A DNA stretch of 64,000 nt from Fimicolochytrium jonesii. Its lineage: Eukaryota. The translations under genes were made by a program, and so were the position numbers. Location of the stretch: positions 186,001 to 250,000 of the forward strand of contig NW_026515682.1 in assembly GCF_025526975.1 (NCBI RefSeq). Direction: 5' to 3'. Below the pieces are notes generated by a model, which was not told where the DNA came from, did no database searches, and worked only from the letters and a program-made list of their open reading frames with translations. Shown here one piece after another: positions 23,624 to 35,716 of this stretch; within the stretch, counting starts at the first letter, position 1; each line of letters starts with the position of its first letter.

Positions 23624-24527
23624 GTGGCCGGTGGCATCGATCTCTCGCATTTCTAAACATCCCCTTCCATCTCAGTGGAAGGTTGGTTGTTGGTCCTTGG
23701 AGCAACACTCTGCCCGAACCCGACTCGATGAAAAGAGCATATTCTCCATATGCGTGGAGGGCATCACCCTTTGCCTTTCTGCAGCGGACTTGAGTTTTTT
23801 CCGGGAGGCGGCTCGGAGACGACAATCACTGCTGTATCGTGCGTTCCCATGCGGGCTGCCTTCGCCGTATGATGGCTTGCTGGACTCTTACGTTGGAGGT
23901 GAATCCACCCTCATCACCTCGTTCTCGCTAAACTCACGCGACGGAAGCCATGCCCTCAGCGAACAGGTGCGATCCTAGGAACATCTGAACAGAAATATCT
24001 GATGTACATATATGTCGATGAAAATCTTGCTCGAAAATCATTGTCGTAAGTTTAGTCCCTACGAGGCCACAGTAGCTGGAACATGGGTGGCCGTAGGTTC
24101 ATGCGGCGTTCTTCTGAGCAGTGGGCCGGGGTCCAGCGCGTCGTCCGAGTTCCTTACGGCTGGAGGCCCGTGGTTTCGACTCACCTTGTGAGCTGCCAAG
24201 TTCCCACCCACGTAGACCCACCCACGTCTCCACGCAGGTCTCCACGTCTTCCTTTTACCACCGGCCAGCGTCAGAATTCAATACGGGGCGGCTTCCTCAT
24301 AGGTCGAAAAGAAGTGACCTGTTGAACTATGATACATGAACTTGTGCGTGCATTGGTCTCACGCCGTCCAAAAAAATTGAACCCAAAACACCGGCGAGTC
24401 CTACATACATATATATATAGGGGACACAGTAGCCTCTACTGCCCATGTCCGACGCATGGGGGCAAAGCACCCATATGAGTGACGCACGTTGAGGACAAGT
24501 CAATAGCCATGTAAAAGAGTTTGAGGC

Positions 24528-26177
24528 TTACACCACTACCCACTCGCTATTCAGTGAACTCGCCTCACTTGCGTCGTCGGGTATAAGATGATCGTTTTCG
24601 TCGATGTGTGTTTGCACTGGCCCATCTGCCAAGACCTCCCTCCCTCCATCGCCGCGATCATCTTCGATTGTTTCACCGACCCCCTCGTCTTCGCTTGGTT
24701 CATCCACATCCTCGTCTTCGCTTTCCGCATCCTCTCCATCCTCGTCCACGCTCGAATCATCATCGTCATCATCATCATCATCGTCGTCGTCGTCTTCGAA
24801 ATCAGAATATACCTGCTCCACAGAACTGGCTAACTTTGCGCCAGCCAGAATGTCCTCCTGACACAACGCCGTCAGATCAGGCCACCCTCTCCTCCGGACC
24901 TCCCACACACATTTGTCCCACTCATGCCCCTCTGCAAACGTGCTAGGCCATCGTGAGTCCGGCGTTGCTGCGATCGCTGCGTAATGCTCGCGGCAGAATC
25001 TGTTTACGGTTGCGTTTTGCGGTCCGTCCTGTCGCCAAAGATCTCCGTCGGTCTCTGCAAGGAGATGCTTGCACACTCTCAGAACGACGCGGCGAGTGCG
25101 TTTCGGGTGTATGCAAACTGGTAGCCAGGCCTCGCTTGGGGATAAAGTCGATTTGAGTTCGGCGATTGCACATCCTAAGATGATGCGCTGAAAGGCCGGC
25201 GTATCTTCCGAGCGCGCAAGTTCCACTATAAGGCGGCATATTGATGGGCAATCTTGGGTGATTCCAGACTCAACAAAGCAGCCCGCCTTGGATAACATCG
25301 TCAAACACCATTCCAGGATGGTGTAATCGTCCAAACTAGACAGAATCGTATCGAAAATTTCTTTGTATCTCGCTGCGATGATGTCCAGTAGATTGTGAAA
25401 CATCTGAGCGAGTACGTCCGCACGGACGACTGAGTCCGGCCAGCCCGTCCGCTCTTGCGGCAGTAGGCAGGCTATTGCGCGGAAAAGGTCTGTAGCGGAA
25501 GTCGACGTGGAAGTGATGTCTTTCTGCCAAAGGTCCAACCATCCGTTTATAGCCTCTGGGCGTTTGAAGTCAATCCCATCACACATCTCTTGAATCGTAT
25601 CGAACGCATGGGAAAGATTGCCTCCAGATATTTCGATTTTCAGGCATCGAAGTCGTTGATCCAAAGGAACCTCAGTCTCGGAGGGCCGGTAGCCCATGTG
25701 AATGACCGCTTGGTGGCACTCGTGCCTCAGACGAGAGAGGGCGAATTTTCTGCGCGAAGCCTCCCTCAACCTCAGATGATGAGGGTCGTGAAGTTCGCGG
25801 TCCAGCATGTGTTTAATTATGTCGATATCCGAACTGAACTGCCGGGCATCGGCGATCTTCGATATGCAGGCGGGGTACGACCGACGCGAATAGTTGTAAT
25901 AGCGAAGGATTTCGATTGCTTCCCTCATACGGGTTAGATCAGGGCCAGATAACCCTGTTATGGAGTCGGTGGTCCAATAAACGCCGCGCCTCAGCAATTC
26001 GAGCAACAGGGGCTGTTGGCGCTCATAAACCGTACACCCAGTACGTCTTTCAAAGGTCGTCCATGACATTGTTTTCGCATCCCAGTTTGACGTCGTACTA
26101 TGTTTCTCGTCTTTGCTCATCGTAGAAGCCTGGGAGGAGTTGGTATTCTGTGGGTCTGACGTTTCGGTGGCAGACAT
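24528..26177 (-). CDS. Intronless hypothetical protein (~550 aa) with acidic poly-Asp tail
   Basis: Uninterrupted ORF of about 1.65 kb. No recognised domain. Confidence 0.7.
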   Translation of the reverse strand: MSATETSDPQNTNSSQASTMSKDEKHSTTSNWDAKTMSWTTFERRTGCTVYERQQPLLLELLRRGVYWTTDSITGLSGPDLTRMREAIEILRYYNYSRRSYPACISKIADARQFSSDIDIIKHMLDRELHDPHHLRLREASRRKFALSRLRHECHQAVIHMGYRPSETEVPLDQRLRCLKIEISGGNLSHAFDTIQEMCDGIDFKRPEAINGWLDLWQKDITSTSTSATDLFRAIACLLPQERTGWPDSVVRADVLAQMFHNLLDIIAARYKEIFDTILSSLDDYTILEWCLTMLSKAGCFVESGITQDCPSICRLIVELARSEDTPAFQRIILGCAIAELKSTLSPSEAWLPVCIHPKRTRRVVLRVCKHLLAETDGDLWRQDGPQNATVNRFCREHYAAIAATPDSRWPSTFAEGHEWDKCVWEVRRRGWPDLTALCQEDILAGAKLASSVEQVYSDFEDDDDDDDDDDDDDSSVDEDGEDAESEDEDVDEPSEDEGVGETIEDDRGDGGREVLADGPVQTHIDENDHLIPDDASEASSLNSEWVVV

Positions 26178-27105
26178 ATCGGGACAGACGGGCAATGGAT
26201 GGTGAACTTGCCAAAAGTCGCAGAAGCAGGTGGGCGAAGGAGAGCGGACTTGCAAACAAGTTGTGAAGCAGGCGTTCTTGAAATCTATAACAACGTCCCG
26301 AGGCAGTCACAATGGTGGATATATGTACCTACTATGTACAGTATAATACAAATGTGGGTGGATGCTACTTTTGCGAGCAGCAAGACTCGCATGCTTGGCC
26401 ACGACGCGTCCACCCCACAAGCTTGTGGGAGATTCAAGAGATTCATGCCACGAGCTTTTTTCGGCACGAAGGACAAGTCGCCATATTCGAACAGGGGCCA
26501 CAACAAGAGCAATTCCGAGTAACCATTTGATTGAGTATATCTTCTCAATCATGGGCAATGACGCCTTCCAGCCTTAGAGGCAAACTGCTGCCGGGGAACG
26601 TCTGATGCCAGCCTAGGTTCAGTTGTTCGTTGTGGCCCCTTCTGGACATGAAAGATGCGGATGCTGGCAGCGCCAAGCGCACTCGTTCCCATTTCGCTTA
26701 CTGTAGTTGCTATGAGGAAAACCGCCAAAACTTTAATTCGGAGAATGTCCGCGGTAATCATACCCGATTCCCGGATTCGCGAATACAAGCCGTCAAAAAT
26801 AGGGAAATAACGCCTAATGTAACAGTATTTCACGAATTTTTCACTTTTTATTAGCGGCCCGCGGGCAACTCGATCCGGCATGCGATGAAGTGTTTTGCAA
26901 TTCCTCTTTCCAGGTTTTGGACTCGTATATAAAGTGGGATATCTCTTCCCCCTTTCCGGTCTCCACGGACTGACGACCTCCAAGATAAACGAAGAGTACC
27001 TGAGTCTATACGAGTTTCAAGTTTGATCTCACTTTCATTCGCTTTAGGGAGCGCAACGTCAGGGAGACATCCGAACCAAAGCGCACGAACAACCACCCGC
27101 TCAGC

Positions 27106-28537
27106 ATGTCTCCCGCAACGACCGAAGCGTCCTCCCGGGCACAAGCACTCCAGGAAATGGCCAATATGGACGTAACATTGATGGGGCCATTCAAGTTGCT
27201 CGAAGAACACCCGGAACTGGATCCGGCCGGGGTATTGCGCTCCGGACTCGCCAAGGAAAGCGCCGATCTTTTCCTCGCGTTAGGAGCCCCCGAAAGCCTT
27301 GCTCATGCTCGCAGATGGTGGACCCTCGGCGCGGCTTTCGATAACGACATTGCAGCCAACTGCGCATACGCCCTGGCACATATTTTGTTGGTCAAGCGGT
27401 ATACCGACAGCGATGCCAATATCGAAGAGGGCCTTCGATGGCTGATCAAAGCGGCCGATGCTGCACATAGGGATGCTTGCGCATTGCTGGGCAAGTTCTA
27501 CGAGCAGGGTATGGGCCCTGGGAACAAGACTTTGATCGACCGCGACTACAGGCGTGCATTGGACTATTACACCCGGCCATGCCTCTACCAACGCCCACAG
27601 CAAGAAGCGGAAAAGAAAGAAGCAAACTCGTCCCCGGTGCCGACTTTCAAGCTCCAAACACACGAGGCGCAATATCGCGTATCGATAATTCTCAAGAACG
27701 GATACGGTGGGATTCCAATTGACCCGGCTCGGTCTCTCGAGTGGTGCCACAAAGCTGCTTGCAATCTCTCCGTCCAGGCCGTCTACAGTATGGGGATGCG
27801 CATGCTTCCCAATCTCACCCATCGTGCCCAAGCAGCGGGTGCCGGAAGAGCATTGGGTGGCGCTCTCGTACCTTCAATTCACGGAGGACTTTGCATCGCT
27901 GGATCCCACACTCAACGAAACGTTTGAGACAGTGGCTGATCTGAAAAGCGCTCTCTCCGTCGCCGGGGTCCTGCACATGCTCGCCGACCCCTCCGCACAG
28001 GTCATTACCCCTGAGACGACGGCAGAGGAGCTACTCGACATGGCTCGCATTTACGCGGCGTCGGATATGTACCCCAGCAATGAGAACGTTCGGGCGAAAC
28101 GCCAGTTTACTCTCTCGCAAGCCGTCGCCAAGGGGTCCGCCGAAGCTTCGTACGAGCTCGGTCGATACTTTCAGGTCCAAGCTGTCGCCCACGGCGGGTG
28201 TAACCCGAAAGTGGCGCAGACGAAAGCCTGGAATTTCTACTTTGATGCCGCGTCGCAGGGGCATGTCCTCGCGCTGCTCGCATGTGCGCACCTGCTCCAG
28301 ATCGACGAGCCTTTTCAGGTAGCCGCGTACGAGATACTGAGGAAAGGGCGCCGCCATCCAGATATACCTGGGCTGTTGGCGAAGTTGACCCCACCCTCCT
28401 GGGGCACCCCCGAGTTCTTGCGCAAGGAGAAGGCGGATTATGCGAAGGCCGCACAACAAATAGACCTACGTGTGGATACCCCGAAGGAAACAGGTGCTGG
28501 GGAGGATACTGATGGGTGTTGTTGCACAATAATGTAA
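27106..28537 (+). CDS. Sel1-like repeat protein with C-terminal CaaX box; frameshifted at ~27810-27820
   Basis: Sel1 repeats GLRWLIKAADAAHRDACALLGKFYEQG, AQYRVSIILKNGYGG..SLEWCHKAA, AVAKGSAEASYELGRYF and DAASQGHVLALL. Ends GCCCTIM*. Encoded as two overlapping ORFs with no intron signal seen. Confidence 0.75.
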
Positions 28538-29006
28538 CACCTCGTAGTAGACGTTCTGACGTCCACGGCGTATTTAAGAGGATAGACAGCCTGGCAGGCC
28601 GGGCCACACACACCGGGCGGTGGGTAATTTAGGTTCATATGGTGCAATAGAGTCCGTTAGGCGCTATTACGTTGTAGCGGCATCCCGCAAATGTGAGAGG
28701 GAGCGTTGCGAACAAGTCAAACTGGGAAAGGCAGAGTATAATAAATTGATGACTAAGACGAGACGAATAAGTTATGTCGATAAGCCAGCTCAAAGTGGAT
28801 GACAGGCCACCTGGGAAGCCTGGGAACTCGACTCGACGCTTTGCTTTCCCACAGCGCTCACGGAAGATATCATATAGACAGACACAAAACTCATTTGTCT
28901 TTCTCCCCACTACCATATTGAAAAGCAGCACTGCCGATTGTGTGCTTTTTGTCTCGGCTGGAAAAGCTTCTACGCAAACTTCGCATCTTCCTAAAGGCAT
29001 CCTATC

Positions 29007-30893
29007 ATGTCGGCTATGGACGTTGACGATGACTTTATGAACGACAGCGATGCCGCAGAAGATTATGACACCGGCTCGGACGCGGAGAACGGGGAGGAGG
29101 ACTACGATGAGGACTACGACGAGGACGAGGAAGAGTTTGCAACCGGCGACGGGTTTGAGCCCGTCATCGCCGACAAAGACATCAAGAAGGCCTACGAGGT
29201 CGATTGGAAGGTCCACTCGACCGCCGACATTACCGCTTTCCAAAACGAAGAGGTGGCCCACGTTGCCGGGATCCTTGGCTGCTTGCCTGAACATGCAGCG
29301 ACCCTGCTGAGACAATACAAGTGGAACAAAGAGCGCCTCATCGAACGTTACGTAGAAGATCCAGAAGGCGAATCTGAGAAAGCGGGGGTGGTGGTAGACA
29401 CGCAAAAGCAACCCAAGTTCACCACCGTGAAAGGCTTCGAGTGCCCGATCTGCTGCAATGACGATGAAGACCTGGAGACCATTGCCTTACACTGCGCCCA
29501 CCGCTTTTGTCGGGATTGCTACGAACACTACCTGAAGGAAAAAATCGCCGAGCAAGGAGAAAGCAGGCGGATACAATGTATGGAGGCTGGTTGTAAATTG
29601 GTGGTGGACGAAAATACTGTTCATTTGCTGGTGTCGGAGGAGGTACACGCAAAGTGAGTACAAGCAACGAACTTTGGTGGCGTACGTTGAGTCTGTTCCT
29701 CACACGCCATCATGTTCTAGATACCGGTCGTTGCTCATTCGGACCTACGTGGACGACTCACCATTCCTGCGATGGTGTCCCGCCCCCGACTGCGAGTACG
29801 CTATCGAATGCCACGTAGCGCAAACGCAGTTAGCCGAGATTGTTCCCACAGTCAAGTGCAATTGCGGTCATGTGTTTTGCTTCGGCTGTGGACTACCAGA
29901 TCACAAGCCATGCATATGCCCACTTGTACGGTTCTGGCTCAAGAAATGCGCGGACGACTCGGAAACAGCAAATTGGCTATCAGCCAATACGAAGGAATGC
30001 ACGAAATGCGCATCCACGATCGAAAAGAATGGGGGCTGTAACCACATGACGTGCAAGAAATGTAAATACGAGTTCTGTTGGGTCTGTCTGGGGCCGTGGG
30101 TGGATCACGGAACACAGTGGTACAATTGCAACCGCTTCGACGAAAAAGCAAGCATAGACGCAAGGGATTCGCAAGCGAAAAGCCGACGACAGCTCGAAAG
30201 ATATCTACATGTATGCTCACCTCTTCCGTTCTCGCTATTTCATCATTTCCATACGTTGCTAACAACGCATTTGGAATCTTTCAGTACTACAACCGCTACG
30301 CAAACCACGACCGGTCCGCAAACTTCGGCGTTTACCTGATAGCCCGCACAGCTAAGTACATGGCGGACATGCAATCTGCATCAAGCCTATCCTGGATCGA
30401 AGTCCAGTTCCTCCGAAAAGCCCTCGACGAGCTCCTCGAGTCGCGGATGGTGCTCAAATGGACGTACTGCTTCGCCTACTACCTCGCCCGCGACAACATG
30501 ACTGCTCTGTTCGAGGACAACCAGCGCGATTTGGAAGTTGCAGTCGAGAACCTAAATGAGCTGCTTGAGAAGCCGATATTTGGCGCAGAGGCGGCCAAAG
30601 TGTTCCAAGGGCTCAAAGCCGCGCAAAGTTCTTCATCATCGGACCTTGCTTCCACCACTACCACTACCAATACCCCCGCCCCCGCCCCAGGCATCGAAGG
30701 AACGACCCCGCCAAACACCACCACCCTCGCAGACATAGAAGACCGGATCAGGAACCTGCGACAACAGGTGCTCGACAAGATGGGATATGTGAAGCATAGA
30801 CGCGAGGTGCTACTGAGAGATACGGCCCAGGGGTTGAAGGAACGTCGCTGGACGGTCATTGTAGATATGAAAACGGGCATGATGCTCGATTGA
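29007..30893 (+). CDS. Ariadne-family RBR E3 ubiquitin ligase (ARIH1/Hel1-like)
   Basis: Acidic N-terminus, RING1 CPICC..CAHRFCRDC, IBR WCPAPDC, RING2 TKECTKC..IEKNGGCNHMTC, and Ariadne domain LKWTYCFAYYL. Two introns. Confidence 0.95.
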
Positions 30894-31823
30894 ATTGGAG
30901 GGTCGTTCCCACGTGCGAGCGTGCGATAGGAAGAGGGAGGGGTGCGGAGGGGGGAAGGGGAAGGGATATGCGCCAGCCCTTGTTGTCGCTGTGTGCATTG
31001 GCATCCCTGCAGTTGTGTAGTGTATTGTAGACAGCCGAATGAGAAAAACCACGTACCACCTTCAATTTTCGATCCTACTTCGCTCTCCGGGTTCAAAGGA
31101 GACTTTGTGTACATTTCACTGGAGCAGCGGAAGAAGATACCTGAGTTTGGATATGCATAGTACGTCCAAGACATCAAAGGTTTTTTGGAATGAGATCTGG
31201 CGCGCGCTTGCAAGAGATGTCACGACAATTGGGGTGTACATACATGCATGCGAGGGTCCGCGCTAAAACTTCCGTTTTTCTACATTTCGAGCGCAACCCA
31301 CAACCGCAACGTAACGAGAACGCAGTGGAGAGGTTAGATGGCGGCGGGTGGGATGCACCCACGCCGGAGATAAAGAGCATCGAGATATCAACACCGAGGC
31401 TTGCGAACCTTTGTTGACTATATGACATCCTTACACCCACCATCAATTCAACAGTGATATCTCTTTGCCGGAGCGTGATGGCCAAGCGTTAGAGCCCTGA
31501 TGTCAACGCCGGTCCCCACAAGCCTACACAGCCTTTCGGGATTCGCCCCCGACATTTCAAAAGAGAGGGGCGCTGGTTCGCATGGCCCTTTTGGTGGTGT
31601 TCAAAGCGGGGCTTTTGTACAACCTTCGCTTCCGACACCCCTTGGGCATTTCCTTCTCCGTTTCAAACGGAGTTTTTCATGATGTTCATATTGTTTTTTC
31701 GTAGCGGCATCTGGAAACTATAAAGCACATCACTTGTCTAGCACGTCTGCCAAATGACTGGGTATATTGATATGTACAGGCCGAACGGGTCGGGAAGACG
31801 CCCATTGGACGTAGTTGAGGATT

Positions 31824-32483
31824 CTATAGCTTGGACATGGTGCATAGCAGCACGCCTGTAAATATCAGTCCGATTCCGAAGATGGTTTCTGTTGGCGCAT
31901 GTATGAGAAAAGTAAGAGCCGCGGATGGTGGGCTCGAATGGAGGGGTTTTACCTCTGGAACCGAGATCTTCGCCCAGCAAGGCGCCCGCGACCAGTGTTA
32001 GTGCTAGTGTGCACATGTTTGAGACTGGGACGGCTATCGACAGATCTACCCATGCAAAACGGACATTTCACCCACTGGTCAAAACTCAACCCCATCTCCA
32101 CTGCCCCCCCGCATGTGCTCGATCGACTCACCGCTCTCCCCCAGCGTCTTATAATACAAAACCGACCCACTCAAATTGATCGCCAACGGCAGAACATACT
32201 GCCACCGGGTGACGAGATACCACGTCTCAGCGGCGCGTTTTAGGTACCACGGTGATGAGGCGTGCCGCTGGGTGATGAGCTCGAGGCCGGCGCTGCCACG
32301 CTTTATAAAGGGGTTGGTGAAGCCCCATGCCTATGGGAATGCGAGAAAGGGTTAGTCATAGAGGTAGGGAGGGGAAGGGGGTGCTGGGGGAAGGGAGGGG
32401 CACGGACGTACGAGAGCGACGAGGAAGAAGCCGAGGAAGTTCTGGAGGGTCGTTGGGGGGTCATGTGGGGGGTCGGGGGTCAT
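31824..32483 (-). CDS. TMEM234-family small membrane protein (4 exons)
   Basis: Spliced: FLGFFLVAL|AWGFTNPFIKRGSAG...WQYVLPLAINLSGSVLYYKTLGRA|DLSIAVPVSN...LLGE|..GVLLCTMSKL*. Confidence 0.85.
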
Positions 32484-32706
32484 GGCGGCGTCGTTTGCAT
32501 GACCGGATGCCTACGGAGTCTGTGGGGAAGATGCAGGTCGGTGTCTGCGAGTTTCCAGGTCGCTGTCGACGACGAAGCCACGTTTCTCCCGGGGGAAGTC
32601 CAAGTCCAAAAGCCCCCCTCATAGCCCTCATCCCTTAGAATGTCTTGGGCGTAACGTATCCATAGAAGTTGGAATACGCCATAATTCGCGATTCAAACTC
32701 TAGACG

Positions 32707-33608
32707 ATGTCGAGCACATCTAGCACAGCAACAACGTGCGTTCCACAGCTCCTCGCCGGTAAATCCATGGCCATCACAGGCGGCGTAACAGGCATCGGAC
32801 GCGCCATCGCCATCGGATACCTCGCGCACGGCGCGAACGTAGCCATCAACCACCTCGGCGACCCAAAGTCCTCAGAACAATACCAGTCACTCGTCGAAGA
32901 GGCATCTCAAAGCCTGGGCGGGACCGAGGAAGGGCAGAAGAGATTGATGGAAGTGCCGGGCGATGTGGGCGATCCGGAAACCGGGAAAAAGCTCGTCGCT
33001 GCCGTGGTCGACAAATGGGGCCGATTGGATGTGTTCATTAGCAATGCGGGGATATGCGAGTTCAGAGAGTTCTTAGAGTACGTCTGCTCACTTCAATCAC
33101 AGCGCAGCTCAGAGGCAAGTCTCAAATTGAGGACTATGTTTCTAGAATAACACCCGACCTCTGGAACAAAACACTCACAACCAACCTCACCGGCGCGTTC
33201 AACACCATCCACGCCGCCGCCACGCAACTCGCCAAACAAAATCCACCAGGGGGGTCTATCATCGGCATATCCTCCATATCCGCGCTTGTCGGCGGCGCAC
33301 AGCAGGGGCATTACACACCTACCAAAGCGGGTGTGCTGTCGCTTATCCAGTCATCTGCGTGTGCGCTGGGGAACTATAATATCAGGTGTAATGCGCTGCT
33401 ACCAGGGACAATCAAGACGCAGTTGAATGAGAAGGATCTTGACGATGATGCAAAGAGGAAGTACATGGAGGGAAGGATTCCGCTTGGACGGACAGGCGTG
33501 CCGAATGATTTGGCGGGTCCTGCGGTGTTCTTGGGAAGCGATCTGTCGGGATATGTGACTGGGGCTCAGTTGCTTGTTGATGGGGGATTGTTTGTGAATT
33601 TACAATAA
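32707..33608 (+). CDS. Short-chain dehydrogenase, L-rhamnose-1-dehydrogenase (LRA1/Rha1)-like
   Basis: TGGVTGIG, NAGIC, SSISALVGG.QQGHYTPTKAG, and C-terminal GAQLLVDGGLFVNLQ. One intron at ~33078-33145. Confidence 0.88.
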
Positions 33609-34090
33609 GGGAAGCGGCACTACCGGAAGCGAGCAAAATGTTGATAGCTACTCACCCTGACTTCTCATGATTTCTTTTCACCATTTGTGCACATCATAAG
33701 GTAAGGTTGATAAAAAAGGGTACACAGTAATTACGTTACGGTTGTATATATACGAAGGAAGCAGGGAATGAGAACAAGGGGGCGAGGTAAATGAGGGCAG
33801 GGATGGCAGGCCTAATTGCCTCTGTCCTAAGGCGCATGCTCAATATGGGGGCCAAAAAAAGGGAGGAAATGGTCTGGATGGGTGGGGTGACGCGGAAGTA
33901 GTGGGATAAATAGTTCGATGGGATGTGTGCTGATACGCTGAACTGATGTTTCGTCGTCTGGCAGTTAATGATAGTGACGGCCGGAGGAGTGTTGTCTTCG
34001 GTTTCCTCCCGGCGAGAGCCGGGACTCCTGTCATGATATCCCCGACCCGACCGACGACCCACAGTACCAAATCCGAGCGAGATATCCATT

Positions 34091-35716
34091 TCACCTCCTC
34101 CTCCGAACATCTCCCTCCCTCACCGCAAGCCCGTCCGCCAACCCCGACGCGCCTTGGCTGAAAGCCATTTTCGCCGCCGTTCTCCGTGCCTGTTGTCCCG
34201 CAAGCGACGGCTTTGTCTTCTGTTTCCGCTCGCCCTCCTTCCTTGGCGCCGTCTTGGCCGTCGCCGACGTCTCATCCACCTCCTCATCCTCCTCATTGTC
34301 GCTACGGACATCTTCTGCGCCAGCACCGCTGATGACCTTCAACACGACCTTAAGGATCAGGGCGAGCCAGTAGAGAAGCAAGACCTGCAGGGCGCAGAAG
34401 AGGCCGAGGAACATGTAGTACACCTTGAAGGAGTAGAAGCACTCGGCGCCCCAGGGGTCCCAATGGCGAGACTGTTCGGGGATGTAGATGAGGGTATCGC
34501 GCCAGATCGAGAGGCAGATGTGGAAGAGGTAGTAGTGGCGGGTCAAGACCCATGATACTGTGAAGACGGCGAAGGAAACGTCGCAGATGGTCTTTTGACC
34601 GGCGTATCTCATGATCTGTAAATCGGATCGCGATGAGAATACGATCTATAAATGCGCAATGAGACCTGCGCGATGGCACTAGGGCAACTCACCTTGGCAA
34701 AAGGTAAAATCACATCGGCCAGATCCAACAGAACCAACACAACGTGGCCGACACGAGTAAAGTTCATGTAGTAGGACATGGACAGCAGCGATACCGTGAC
34801 AAAGTGGTGAACAGCCAAAGCGTAAAAGTCGGACCGCTTGGGCACGGCATATTTCGTCTTTTTCCCGTGGGCTTTTGCCTTTTCAACGGCCGACCGTTGA
34901 TAGCTCTCGATGGCAAGAGCCGCGCAGTGGTGGAACCAGTAGCCGATCACACCCATATAGTAAAGCTAGATCGAGGAAGAAGTGTAGTTGGAACAGTTTA
35001 GGATCTCAACAATCTACCGTCTTCAACCATCAACATCCATCAACCAATCATCAATTATGATCCATCAACCATCATCACCGATCATCATCAACTATCAACG
35101 TCGGGGGAGTTTGCGCCTTTGGCGCAACGTGGTGCTCGCTTCGCTCGCGAAAGATCTGACGCTCGCTGATGCTCGCTAAGAAATGCGGTCTTTGGCGCAA
35201 TGTGGCTTGCTCCGCTCGCCGCTCGCTTCGCTCGTCTGCACTCCCTTTGCCTGCCGCAGACAAGTACCCTCGCTTACATACCTTGAAGACCGGGTCCAGA
35301 TACTTGTAATCAAATGGGTATCCCACCCAAAAGTGCTTGAGCCCCTCCCTCTTCCCAATCGCAGCACTACCATAATCCCTCCCAATAAGAAGCAGCGCGC
35401 CGAACGTGAAAGAAAAGAAGTGGCACAACATGAGCCAGAACTGTTCCGAGAACTTTGCCCTCGTTATGCGGCTCTGAGGCAGACCCATTCGATCTGCGAT
35501 GGGCGGAAAGACCGCTTTGTAGAGGTATCCCTTGACCAGCAAGAAGCAAGTGGCAAAGATAAGGGCGAGTGTGATATCGTTCCAGCCCTTCTGGCAGAGA
35601 CCGGTTTGGTGGTTGTAGTTGAGCATTCTAAGCAGGGCTTGTGGCAGCGACACTTGCTGGTTGGAGTTGAGAAGGCCGAGCTGCTCAAGCGGCAGCGAGG
35701 CGGATTCTGACGACAT
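34091..35716 (-). CDS. Ceramide synthase, LAG1/LAC1 family (TLC domain)
   Basis: KFSEQFW, Lag1 motif RSDFYALAVHHFVT..SYYMNFTRVG..LDLADVILPFAK, and ALQVLLLYW..AEDVRSD. Two introns. Confidence 0.92.
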
